Below are positions 35,284 through 49,251 of a DNA stretch of 64,000 nucleotides, piece by piece (position 1 is the stretch's first letter; each line of letters starts with the position of its first letter). The notes beneath the pieces were generated by a model. That model searched no databases and was not told where the DNA came from. It saw only the letters and a program-made list of their open reading frames with translations. The translations under genes were made by a program, and so were the position numbers. Origin of the DNA: Setoptus koraiensis (taxonomy: Eukaryota > Animalia > Arthropoda); NCBI GenBank assembly GCA_048013815.1, contig CM106586.1, forward strand, positions 17,298,001 to 17,362,000, written 5' to 3'.

Positions 35284-38269
35284 GTGGGGTTCGATGGGCG
35301 GCGAAAGATAAAATTGTCATCAGGCGAACATGAGAGGGCAATAGCAGGCACGAAACATAGAGAGCAAACGCATGGCGAACACAACGGGCGAAATCTCGAT
35401 ATCATCAAGATCGTGTCGTCTAGTTCGTCATATCATCATCGTGTCATTCTATTCACGCCATTTTGTTTTGCGCGTCACAGCGCGCCGGCTCAAGGCCAGG
35501 TCGATCGTCGCTGATTACAGTGTCTCTAGTGCTAGTGTTTCCTCTAATGACTTATTAGACAAATTGCTCTTGATTCCCCCGATGATTCACTCAATTAGTT
35601 TGTTGTCTATAATACGTTCGTAATGGGACTGTGTGTTCATGTGTGTACTGCACACATGCACACAATGGCCGACGGTTACGTGTCCATCACAAACTGCCGA
35701 TATTGTAATTCGATTGAACGTTCCGTGTTTCTGTGTATGCACGCATGCAAACCGTTCTTTTAATGTCTACGCGCAAACCAATTCCTCAACAGCAAGCCAG
35801 TGCCCGAATTATATTATTATCACTATTTGTTGGCATTTTATTACTAATGCAGCCGTAGTTACTATCATTACTGTTATTATCATTATTTGCTATGTTATTG
35901 TCATTTTTATTATTATTGTCATTACTAGAAGTGTTTAGCATAGAGATTAAAGTAATAAAGAAGAAGCGGTTATACTCATTGAAAGAAAATAGATAGCTAT
36001 TTCGATAAGTCTGCTGCATAAGACGGCAAAGCTGGCGAGCGAGCCAACAGCCGATGCGAATGGTCTGCTGTTTGCACGTGTAATGATCCTCCTGGCCCAG
36101 TTGGGCACATACACACAAATTAAGCATGACAACTAAACCATTTTAGGCATGGCATTTGTTTTGGGCATAAAAAGGCCCAACAATAACAGCATCAACAGCA
36201 GCAACAGCGGCGCCAACATAAGCGCCAAGTTGAATAACTAAAACATCAAGACAATAACCAAGATGGTCATGAGAACAGAACAAATAAATGAAATTTGCAT
36301 CAAGTTGGCAGGATTCAATGATTGCATACTAAGAGAGCACATAAATAAAAAGACGAAGCGACTGTGCCAGACTGAATTACATCACTGACTGGAAGAGAAG
36401 AGGATATTGCAACTGTTCGGGACAGAGCAACGCTGATATCAATGTAATGTGTGTTGAGGAATAATTACGTACACATTACGAAAACTGAACAGAATCATTT
36501 ATCATGGCTGCAAACACGAGTACATCCCGCCATGCTTACAACAGTACACTGGCTAGTTGGTTTATAGGTGCTAGCGGAAGGGACAATTCAACATGAACAA
36601 ATTGTGCTACAACTTTATCGATCCAACTACACTTTCAATAAGGCCACTGCCTTATTGAAAGTGAGGCGCCTCTCGGCTCACACAACACGCCATAATGTTG
36701 AAAGAAACAACGGAAATTTGTAACAAAGACAGATAACTTTGCATGATCATTATGAACCAAGTTTATCATTGCAATAAATTAACCAGCGCACAAACAAGGA
36801 TAAAAAAATAGTGACAGATGTGTGGAGACAGAGAACGATATCTTGACAGTGCTTGGCGAGAACGTTATGCGCACCAGTTATGTTATATCTCCCATTAGAG
36901 TGCAATCAAAGAAGCATCTACTCAAACAGTTGTCATTTTGTTATCACAAACCAACACAACATTAGATATAGTCGATGCATCAAGCTGAATGGTATTCACG
37001 TGAATTAACAACAGCATAATCTTCAGAAAATAAACAAGTGCATGTAAGTGTTCAGGATACAATTGTGTCAGGCATTCAGAAGACAATGATAAGCACATTC
37101 TTCATTAGTGTTCTTGATTGTTGACCAATAATTGACGTTGGATTTATGGTATGCTATTCAATACAAGTTCAATTTCAAGGATTTATTAGCATGTGAACAC
37201 CCAAGTAATCACATTAGTTTCGCAATTCAAACTGTCAGAAGTGTCGGACGCATGTGGTCCTGATCAATGATGAGATTGGCTCCGATCCAATATATCATCC
37301 AGATTGCGGCGACAAGTTGCACTTATATTGCCAAGTAGCCAAGAATTCATTCTTCACTTATCGAGTGTGTCCTAAATGAAAGTGCAATAGATAACTCAAA
37401 GTAATTGTGCACTCTCACGGTATCTTTAACCAGTTAATGGTAAAAAAAAGATATTGCAAAGAATATAAGAAAACTCTACACCTTCAAACAAGATAACATT
37501 TTGGCTAACCTGAGTACATATAAATAGCGTACTTGTGATCACCAGAGTCACAATGGTTCGAGCAGCAGCACTTATAAAAGTCAAAGGTAGAGAGAAAGAC
37601 AAATTTTACCCTCTCATCTAACGTAAATGAGTCCAATCACAATCAAACTCTAGCCACATATCGATAATAATAAACCCCACTAAAAATGCAAAATGGCAAA
37701 CTCAAGTACCTTGTTGAATCATCTCAACCGAGACAGAGTGGTATGAAATGAGCCATGGATATCTGAGAAAAATGTTAATTTTCGATCTAGCGATCATCTA
37801 CATTATAAAAGCGCTGAATACAATGAACCCAAGGTGTAACTAAACTATCGTTTAGTTAGCGCGGGAACGTGGTATCTGATTAAAACATATTCGTTCGAAT
37901 GCGCAATCGCACCCGCAACAATAACTACCCGTCGCCGGATGATCCGACGCATGACGTGTATAGATTTATATGTCTGCGGTGCGATGAGATGGCTGCACAC
38001 GAGCTTCATCATCACATCCAACTAGCTTGCGAGTCATCAGTTTTCTGATTTAATTCTTCATTACACCAACTGAAGTGAACTGTCCTAGCGGGACAACTTC
38101 TAATTCAACTAAGCACTTTACCATGTGATGTGTGAGGGGCGCTCTTCTCTAAAAGATTAGATTGATTAATTAATTCAGAATATTGACTCTTTCCTCGTAT
38201 TCATTATTATTCTCTTATTATATATTTATCACGATGCGCCAATTGTTGTAACCAAAATACTGCGTCTAA

Positions 38270-39383
38270 ATCAGACTCAGGAGAGGGAAAAATCAGGACA
38301 TAAATAGTAATAACCATTCGCACCAGTCAATAACCAAGCAACGAGAGCAAACAGTTGAGACAAATCAAAAGCAAATAGATATAGAAGTGTCGTCAGATAT
38401 CGAAAATATATTAACTGAAACATCGTCACCATGTGCATTAATTTCCAATGAAAACGACTTCTTTAGAACATTAGAAAACCAGGTTGAGTTTAAGCGATTA
38501 ACAGGTATCGATAAATCGGTGGAAACTTTCGTGAATGCAATTACAAAAGAGCAACATCACGTAATTTCGTCTAATAATACCATTAATTCAGTCACATTAC
38601 ACCAAAGAAGATTACATCTCAAATCTGGTCATCATCATCTCCAGCAAGATGACAACTCTGTCATAAATTGTTTGAGTGATTGTGACAAAAAACAAGAATT
38701 ATTGTTATTGAATCATCAGATATCAACAGAAGTGGCGCAGTTTCTCTCTTACGAATTGTCAGACTTGAATCAAGGACTCCATCAAGATGATCTGTTATCA
38801 AAGAAATTAGAGAGTATCAACTTTAACTCAAATCAGCAATGCCATCATAACAAAGATCAACTTGTCAGCCCAAAGTCAACAAGTTGTTTTCGTTGTTTGC
38901 AATATGGAGATTCAAGCAAGACAGTCGACACTAGAGATTATCAAGCAAAAAGTGAGAAGTCAATCAATGGCTCGGTAGCCTTTAAAAACGAAAAAAATTC
39001 ATCGATTCAATCAGGTCCCTCTACTAGTCGATCAAATAAAACTCCAAGTAAAGAACCAACTAGGGATATCAATAAATTCGAGAATGTTCTATGCAGTGCT
39101 CAAGATCATGACATATTGGATTCAGTTTGTGATTCGAAATTACTTCAGACCAACATTTGTGGTGATGTGAAGACAAACAAACAACTTCAGATAAGAAATA
39201 GACATAGCGCACCAAATGGTGGTAATTCATTTGCCATTCGTTGTTGTTGTTGTTTCAGATCAGTGAGCATCGATAAGAGTGACACTGTTATCGATCCCGG
39301 CAACTCGGTTAGTTTGCACAACGTTGATAACAACAATAGTGACAAGCCATACTGTGATAATCTACCGGAATATCAAGCTTCAG
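38270..39383 (+). CDS. Probable upstream coding exon of Pde11 (Met-free open frame)
   Basis: ~370 open codons with no ATG; donor tcag|gtacgt at 39383/4 (phase 1) joins in frame to acceptor ctcag|ga at 39950/1. The 5' boundary is unknown. Confidence 0.5.
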
Positions 39384-39950
39384 GTACGTTTAGTGTTAAA
39401 CTTTTATGATATAACAAGTCTAGTGAATCAGTTACTAATCTACCCATGTACTTCGAACTATTGGATTTGTATTTATAAAAAGACACTAAGACCAAAGATC
39501 TCTAAAGGCATCACCTCACTTTGTTCTTTATCTAAGCTGCTAAACTAGTGATGACGTCACTTTAATCTGACATAAGAAGTCACTTATTCTCAGTAGATGT
39601 TTCAGAGAGTGAAATATCATGTCAACACTACCCTAGTCAAAGGCTCTCGAGAGGGATTTGACTAGGAATAGTAGATCAGATATAAAGTTTGCTGTTGATA
39701 TTTCATCTCAATCTATTGGTCATAATAGATTACGTAAGGAAAATATCCTTAAGACCTAGTTATTTTTACATGAATCTTTCCATTGTCGTTTGTGTGACGT
39801 GGTATAGTTTCGTAGTCTATCTGAGAGGCCAATCAACCCATGAACGACTTCGACCAGCAATAAGGAATCATATTTCAATTTCGATTAATCTTCTCATATC
39901 CTCTCTCATATCAATGATAATTACAATATCACCACATTCACTAGTCTCAG

Positions 39951-41150
39951 GATATATACACCAGAAGAATACTGATTCAGAAAATAAAGAATGTCCTGTA
40001 ACAAAAGCCGAATACAATCAGTCAATGAATCCAAGTAAGCAACATTGCGAATCCACCTTGGCAGTTAATAACAAAACTGAAGGCCATATTGATGCTGTGT
40101 GTAATGAAATAGTTATCACCAAAAATATCGGCGAAAATGACATGTTGACTTTGGGAGACAAGTCAAAGTCGATCAACGAAATAGATCCGGATCACGTAAC
40201 AGACAAGGAAAGTGATGAAGAAATCGAATTAAATTGTAATAGCTGTAATGGCAATAATCGTTACTCTAGCGTTAGTGACGTACGCTCCAATGACGTCACA
40301 AACAAGCTGCCATTAAACGATGTCACTGGTGTCGAAATTGAAAGAAAAGATCAATCAAATATCTACAATGAAAATATAGATGATAATAATAATAATTTGG
40401 GCATTGGTAGTGTTGAATTAGCACCAGAAAAAACTGAGTCTGTGGAGCAACCAATAGAAGTAAATAAAAACGAAGTTAATAGAACAACAACAACAACAAC
40501 GAAAAAAGTAGTATTATCATCATCATATGGACATGGCGACCAACTTGAGGATAGTTGTATAGTTGAAACAGCAACAACAAGCGAATTGTTAGACGAGAAA
40601 TTATATGATCGTCAATCATCAAATTACAACAGCCAGTCGAAAACAAATAATAATAATAATAACAACTACAGCGCAAAACTTAATGATAAGGATAAGAATG
40701 ATACTGTTGACGCCGATGCTCATCATAATAGTAACATAAATAGTATCGGCATTGTTGTTAGCGGATCTATTAAAGATTATAATAATATTAATAGCGTTCA
40801 AAGTAGACTAGAAACGACGCCAGCAGCAGCGCAAGCAACCATAACAAAACAATCTAGAATCATGTCTCAACCAATAGATGATGATGGTAATATTTGGGGA
40901 AGCAGCCGTAGTATTAATCAAATAGTGGTGAACGAGGCAAGTATAGGCATAGAAGCAGCAAGCTCGGGCAAAAGTTATAACAATAGCGGCACAAGAATTA
41001 ATAAGAGCCATCAAATCGACGCAGATGACGCCGATGAGCATATAGTTATCGGCGATAGCAAAAAGCATAGAGTAGAGTATGATAATATTGATGGCAATAT
41101 GAGTTGTAAAGACGACGACAACGACACCGACAAAGTCAACGACAGCGATA

Positions 41151-41181
<31 letters not shown>

Positions 41182-44100
41182 TGACAACAGCACGAATAGA
41201 AGCACAAACAGCAGCTCAGTAGGTAGATTTGAGCAACACAATACTAGATCGAAGTCGGCTCACGCAGAGACTGAGTTGGCTAGCTTCGAGGCGGAAACAA
41301 AAACAGCAATCATGAGCAATAGTGGAGCAGTTGAAGATGATGATGCTGTTAGTTGCGACGACTGTGATGTTGTTGGCAGTAGTAGTAACAAGGGGCAGAA
41401 ACAGTTTGAAGAAACAGCGCCTAACCAACAACAGCAGCCTTCTATGAGTAACAATAAATTGCTTCAACGTTATAATTCTAGCAGTTCAGTTGTTGGACAA
41501 CAGCAACATGGTTCGAATGAGAAACGAATGAGCAGCTCATCGTGTGCCAGTGATAATGTAACTGTTCAATGTGGAGGGCAAACTCCTCATTCCGTTCATA
41601 GTGCATTGAACCATAATCGCAAATCAAGTCAACAGCAACCGCAAAGAGATTGCGGCTCTTTAGGTGATAGCGGCAAATTGTTGCCCAATGCTCTTGGCCA
41701 AGTCCATCCTCATCAGCAGCAGCAGCAAGACATAGTAGCTAATTTACAAGAGCAACAACAACATTTTAGTCAGCAGCAAAGGCAGACAATCAGTAGCGGC
41801 CATTCTCGGGCTAGTTTGAGCGATACCACAAACAGTAGTAACACTACTAGTCCACATGTTAGTAAACAAAGGAAGGCGTCATTGAATTCAGCGCCGGCCA
41901 CGGTATGTGGGACAAAACGGACATCGGCCAGCAACTATCTCATTGCGGCGGCCACGCTAACACCCTTAAGTTCAACGACCAACATTAGGACACACGAAAT
42001 TAGTGCCATTAGTAGCAGCAGTGACAGCGCCGCCTCCGATCAAATTCAAATTTTCAATATATCCACAACATTAGGCTCTATTGCGGGCACTGCACAACTA
42101 TGGAGCATATCCCGTAATCCTGAGTGGCACCCTAGGCGAGCCTCTGTTGCAACGTGTCAACTGAACGAGACGACGACAGCAAAATCTCATTATTTGAATA
42201 ATCAGCATAATAGCTCTACTGGCTACCACTCGCATAGTTTTACCAAGAACTATAATAACAACAAGACAACAACAACAACAGCAAATATTGCAACATCGAG
42301 CAAGAGCATTCGAGATGGTGCAGTGTTATCGTATAATAGTAATAACATTAATACCTATGATAGACAACATTCTGTAAGTGCTATAAACACAATAACGCTA
42401 CCATTGGCCGCCCCTGGAAATCGCATTTATTCACAACAAAACAGAACTTCTGCAATATCGAATTCATATTCAAATGCTTTCAGCGCAAGCAGCACCAGCA
42501 ACAGCAGTAACCCACAACAGCAACAACAACAACAACAACAGCAGCATCAGCATTCACAAACAACAAACAACCAGCAAGGCTCACTGTTGGAACAACAAGA
42601 ACAACAAAACATTTCGTCATTAATAAAACAGCAACACAAGCAACAACAGCATCATCACATTACCACGTGCTGCAATTGTAATTGTCACGCTCAACAAAGA
42701 AGACTAACTCATGCTTGTATTCAAGCCATGATCACTAGTAAATCTTCAAATAATTCCGCCTCGTTGTGGTCTCGATTTCGTAGTAGAACCATCGATGATG
42801 AACAACAACATGGCGAAGCTGCTGGCACCAATCAAAAGAATCAGCAGCATCCATTGTTATCCAATAATAATAATAACAACAACAACAACAGCAAGCTGCC
42901 AAAATCATCATCGAATCACATTGATAGCAATACTATTAATTACACCAATAATAATAGTACCAACACCAACACCACCGCCACCGCTGCTAGCTCAAGTAAG
43001 AGCAGTCAGAGCAACTCGGCTGCCCTACTGTCTAGTCAATCTAATTTATTACAATCGAATAACAACAATATGACAACAAGTCATGCAGTTAATCATAGAA
43101 CAAAAAAGATATTAGCATCAGATAGAACAAACTCTAATAATACAACAACTGAAAGTTGTGAGATATTAGGACCTAGTGAACGTCATCCATCTATATCTAT
43201 CGAATCGTGCTCACCTAAACGTGATTTAGATAGAACTAGCGACTGTTATAATGAGACAGAGCAGGAGGATTGCGATAATAATGCTGCCAATTCAATCAAT
43301 CCGGCCCTCATCGCTTTGGCGAAAAAGACCGCCTCATCTCATGCTGCCGAAAGTTATCTAATTGCTAATAAGTCAGCAACAGCAACTAGAAGTAGTAATT
43401 CTGATAATAATAAAAACGACAACTGTGAACATATTTCATCATCCGTAAACTGTGATAAACAACAACAACGTCAGAACACCAACTGTTCGTTACTGACGTC
43501 CTGTGATGCTAATAGCACTACTATTAGCAATGAGAATCCTGGCAGAAGTAGAAAACTGGCAAATATACCAACTTTCGAAAACAAACAACAATTTACACAA
43601 CAATCAAAACTAGCGTCGTTGTGTAAAAAGACAACAAACAATGAAAATAACAAAAGAAATAGTTTCGAAACCCAGAGTGACAAAAACGACGATCCTACAG
43701 ACCACCACAAAAGATCATCCAAAGAGAGCGATCTTAAGAATCCAGAGCCAACTGATGAGCTTGAGCAAGCAAACAGTCTGGAGGAGGATCTAGATAGTCA
43801 GATAGAAGAGGACGAAATGATTGAAGCTATCATAGTGGAATCATGGCTAGACGATCATCAGGCCTTTGTCAATGATTACTTCATGAGACGAGCCACTAGA
43901 AAACTGATAGACGATTGGCTTTCGTCGCGAACACTGGCTGGCATCGCCACCGGCAGCTGTTCACGTATATCGTTGGCGTCATCGTCTCGGCCAAATTCCG
44001 GCTCCACAACTCCTGTCAGGAAGATTTCAGCCACCGATTTTGAGACTCGTTCTAATGGAGGCTTTTTGCGGCCGATGGTCAGCACTACTCCGGATGGAAT

Positions 44101-47100
44101 ACCCACATTCTTACCATTGAACACTCTAAAATATGCGTCATCTGGTCAGCAACATCAATCATCATGTTCAGTGGCCTCAACCGATGATGACGATTATGAT
44201 TCGTCAGATCAGGATGATTGCTCTCATGAATATATTGATGACATTCATCCAAACAATACTGCGACAGCTAGTGAAAAATTAAATGATTGCAACGTAATCG
44301 AAAAATTCGAGGTAAATTTAGAAAAAGATAGTACCAATCCAATCAAAGAAGGAATTATCAAGAGTAATGCAACACAGCAGAACAGATTTAACACGGAAGA
44401 TAGTAGTGCCGGCATAGAGAAGTACCCATTATTGTATCCTAGAAAGTCATCCAATGAGGCCGATAATAGAACAAAGAATCAAGCAAACTTTCGTCCTGCA
44501 TCAAGGTCTTCACCTGTTCTTAATTCCTCCTCTATTGTTCACAATCTATTAGTGAAAAACAGCTACCCCATATTGAGCAATCAACAATTAAGATACATCA
44601 AAGATTGCGGCACTGACCTATCGCAACTAGAACAGAATCAAAAACAATACCAACTGACCACTAAGTCTTGCCATAACAACCAAGCTACAAAGAATCTCCG
44701 CCAACATCGATCCTCATGTCATTCGGTTTTGACTCCCAGGATAAGCGATCATAGCAGTAAATTATTCCGTCGTAGCCATCATCAGCGTCGGCATCAATCT
44801 GTGGGTTCCATGCAAGGAGCTAGCCTGAATGTGAATAACCTGGACTCACTTGGTCTTTCTCGTGACCAACTAGATAAACTAGATGAGATTGATTTGATAT
44901 TTGAGCTAGTCAAAAATATCTGCAACGATCTTGATATCAGATCCTTGCTGCTCAAAATCCTTAAAAATGTTGCTATACTTATAAACGCGGATCGATCATC
45001 GTTATTTCTCATCAAGGGCGAGAAAAATGATTCTAGTAGGTGAGTTAGGGAAGCCATCTTAAAGCATTGGATACTTTCTGCTTGATAACCGAAAGTAACT
45101 CACATCTCATCCTCTGAACAAATTCTCTGATATTTTTTTCTCGGCTTTTGTTTCAGGCACCTTGTCAGCCAACTATTTGATGTGGATGTAGATTCCAAAT
45201 TAAGCGACGAACCGTCACAAGATTCAGACTGTATCAAAATACCTTGGGGTAAAGGTATTGTAGGCTATGTGGCGCAATCTGGCGAATCAGTGAATATACC
45301 TGATTGTTACATGGTTAGTAATTGAGTCAGCAAGAATTCGTCCATCATAATTGTTAGTTCAGCACGAAACGAAATACATATGATCATTCTGTTTTCTCTA
45401 TCATGCTCCTATAATAGGATTCTAGATTCTCAGATATGGTTGATCAGAGGACAGGATATAAAACGAGAAATATGTTATGTTCGCCCATATTTGATAATCA
45501 AGGCGAGATAATTGGAGTCGCTCAGGTCATCAACAAGAAGGGTAAATCTCATTTCACTGACCAGGACGAGAAAATTTTCGCTAAATACTTACAATTTTGT
45601 GGTATTGGCTTGAGAAATGCCCAACTTTATGAATACTCTCAATTGGAGAATAGACGCAATCAAGTTCTCTTGGATCTAGCCCGTATGGTATTTGAGGAAC
45701 AATCAACTATAGAGCAAGTGGTTTACAGAATAATGTTGCATATCCAATCGTTGCTTGACTGTCAACGATGCCAAGTTTTGCTGATAGGTGATAACGATCT
45801 CACGCCTCAGATGTTACATGTTTTAGATGATCGTCAAAGTGGCAGCTCCCAATCAAATAGCATATCGCCAACAATTGAGCAGCAGAGACTATCGCAACAG
45901 GATAACGGTGGTGTCAAGAACGAATGGAAACCAGCTACTCACAACTTTTCAGGCGATGCTGACGTCGATACCTGTTCAAGCTGTCATGATTGCGATACTG
46001 GAAAAGGATACAACAACAATGTAACGGAGAAGAATAGCGGGTCCACAGCGGAGACCATGTGCAGCAGGCGACTCTCGCAGACAAGCAATACTTTTTCGTT
46101 GATTTTCGATCTCAAAGATGATAATGAAATAGTGATGACAGACTCCTCTGTCACGAGCCAGCATAAAGGATCTAGTCCAGATGGCAGATTTCCAATCAAT
46201 ATTGGTATCACCGGTTATGTGGCGGCCACTGGAGAAACTCTCAACATCGAGGACGCCTATCTGGACAAAAGATTCGATCCGGCGGTTGATGAGAATACCA
46301 ATTTTAGACACAAATCGATATTGTGCATGCCAATCAGGAATTCCAGTCGCAAAATTATAGGAGTTAGTCAACTAATTAACAAGAAAAATGGTCAACCGTT
46401 CAATAAAAATGACGAAAACCTATTTGAGGCATTCGCTATATTTTGCGGATTGGGCATCCATAATACATTGATGTACGAAAAAGTTTTAAAAATTATGGCC
46501 AAGCAGAGAGTTACTTTTGAAGTATTATCTTATCATGCTACGGCTCCATTAGAGGAAGCGGTCATCTTAAGCAACGAAGTTATACCATCAACGTACGCCT
46601 TGCGTTTAGCGGATGTTAGATTTAACGACTTCTCGTTAGACGAAAGTATGATGCTCAAAGGATGTCTGAGAATGTTTATGGATCTCGATTTTGTTGAAAG
46701 ATTCCAAATAGATTACACTGTTCTTTGTCGTTGGATTTTGAGCGTGCGCAAGAACTATCGCAAATTAACTTACCATCCGATAGTGGGTGAGTGATCAGCA
46801 ACATGAGCTAGCTGTAGTACTTTTTTCGGCCAAAATTATAGAAGTAACCTAACTAATAACCGAGTAAACTTGTGTTTTCTCCATCGATTCTTCATTAGGT
46901 GGCACTGGTTTGAAGGCAACACCCGTTAGGTATCATAACTGGCGACATGCATTCAATGTATGCCAGATGATGTTTGCTCTGCTTACGGTAAGTCAACTTA
47001 AACCACTCGAGTTCAATCATCTTTCGTTCAAAGTATAACAAATATTTATTCAATCTAATAAATTTTTATTAATATTCCTGGCTACAGAACACCCAACTCT

Positions 47101-48092
47101 GCCGTGTTTTTGGCGAGCTTGAAACTCTAGCTCTAATTGTGGGATGCCTATGTCACGACCTTGATCATAGAGGAACCAATAACTCTTTCCAGATAAAGTA
47201 AGTCCTCATGTAATAATGGATAACATGAAAGATTTTTGCATCCACCTCAATTTAATAATCTCATTAATTTTTTCTTGTTCTCAATCGTAGGTCATCATCT
47301 CCCCTAGCTGAATTGTATTCTACTTCAACAATGGAGCATCATCATTTCGATCAGTGCATCATGATATTAAACAGTCAAGGCAACCAAATATTGGGTAACC
47401 TATCGCCATCAGAATACTCAAGAGTGATACATGTTCTAGAAGAGGCAATTCTGGCCACAGATCTAGCAAAATATTTCCAAAAGCGCGATATGTTTTTTGA
47501 TCTCATTGACAGCGGCCGACTAGACTGGAAAAACAATGAGGAGCACAGATCTTTGTTGAGATGTATGTTGATGACTGCATGCGATGTTGCCGCTATAACC
47601 AAGCCGTGGCCCATCCAAAAAGTGGTAGCCGATCTAGTAATGAGCGAGTTCTATCAGCAAGGTAAGCCTAATAAACGCCTACTTAAATATCCTTTCCTAA
47701 AATTTACCCAACGACTAACAAATCTATAATGTTTATTTAATGAAGGTGATATTGAAAAATCTGAGCTTAAACTAGAGCCAATCGATATGATGAACCGAGA
47801 TAAGATGAACGAATTGCCCGAAATGCAAATAAAATTTATCGATACCATATGTGCTCCTATATATGGTGCATTTGGGAAATTGTTTCCAAATGAGATGGGT
47901 CCCCTCTATGACGGATGCCTGTCTAATAGAGTCGTCTGGAGCGAATTAGCCCAAGAAAAACATTACGATTTCAAAGTTGCCTCACCAATCAGTGGCCAAA
48001 TCGCGGACGAAGCAAGCAACCTTGCAAAAAGAGTATGTGGAGAAAATGGAAATCAAGATCTCTTGAAGAAAGAATCAAGAAGATCCATGTAA
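39951..48092 (+). CDS. Pde11: Dual cAMP/cGMP phosphodiesterase 11 (GAF-A, GAF-B, HD catalytic domain) with a giant low-complexity N-terminus
   Basis: Exons 39951-45039, 45157-45313, 45418-46786, 46899-46987, 47088-47197, 47291-47661, 47746-48092, all GT-AG and in frame. Motifs WLDDHQAFVNDYFMRRATR, TTPVRKISA, FPINIGITGYVA, YHNWRHAFNV, CHDLDHRGTNN, MEHHHF, MTACDV. About 2485 aa from the ATG at 40025. Confidence 0.92.
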
Positions 48093-49251
48093 CAACAGCA
48101 ACTACTCAGTTTTTTCCCAACTGACGCGAGGATAAATCACGATACATGATCTGGAGAACATCACCCATCATAAGGCTTTCAGATTGTTTCCCTGGTGGAG
48201 CACTTGTCGTTATCGATATTGTATTTATAGTTGCTCAAGTATCTAGGATATGATAAGGGCGTCGATTTTGCCGCAAACGCACATGCTATCGATGTCTTTA
48301 GATAATGGCAGCTTTGATGAGCTTGAGAGAATATCCGGCCAGAATCCATCACCATGCCCAGCTAATTTATTAAACGAGAGAAAGTATAAATAGCTCGATC
48401 AGCAAAGATGAACCTATGCACCCGAGAACGTGTTGCCATGAAATAAATAAATGAATGAATGATTACTTCAATGTAATCACGAGAAAGAAAGATTTGAGAA
48501 AATCTATATAAAACTTAGAGTAGACTCGTGGGCCTGTCTCTGATTGAGACGAAAATGCACCATGAAACAGGATGTGGAAAAGGAAACAAAGAGTAAAGAT
48601 TTTTTAGTTTCATATCATATTTGACTGAAATATACAGGCTCATCCCTACTAGTAAATGGGTTTGTGATAACAATGATTGAGAATCTTCTTATCTAACAGA
48701 TTATATTCTAACTCTAATGTGAAAAACTTAAAAGATCCAACATATCTTCTTGACTACTGAGGTCAGGCTAATCTACCGTATGCATACCATTCATTATCTT
48801 CTGTGTAACAATATGGCTTAATTTAATGAAAATTCATTCTAACTGTAATCTGTTCTTGTAGTCTGTCTCGCTATGTTTCAATGTTAGACATGATACAATG
48901 TATGTGACTAACTATAGTTTTCCTTTGTTGCGAATTTTATCAAGACAATGCCTTGTTAGCCAGAAGACGAAACAAATGAATGATCCCATGTGCGTCGAAC
49001 ATGTACCAACTTCAGCAAAAGCAAAATAGATCCAACATCCAATAGTATCGAGACTATAATACTATGTGATACAGAGGAAGATAATTTTACTGATCTATTT
49101 TGCCGCTACCATCAATTGTTGTAGAGAAGTGCATTTGTTCGTCATTTAATTATTACATGTGCATATTCGGTGGAGGTGGGATCATCTATGGTCTATGAAT
49201 CGTTTTGATTAATTGTTGTTGTTGTCATCATCGCTCATTGTCTTGCTTGTC

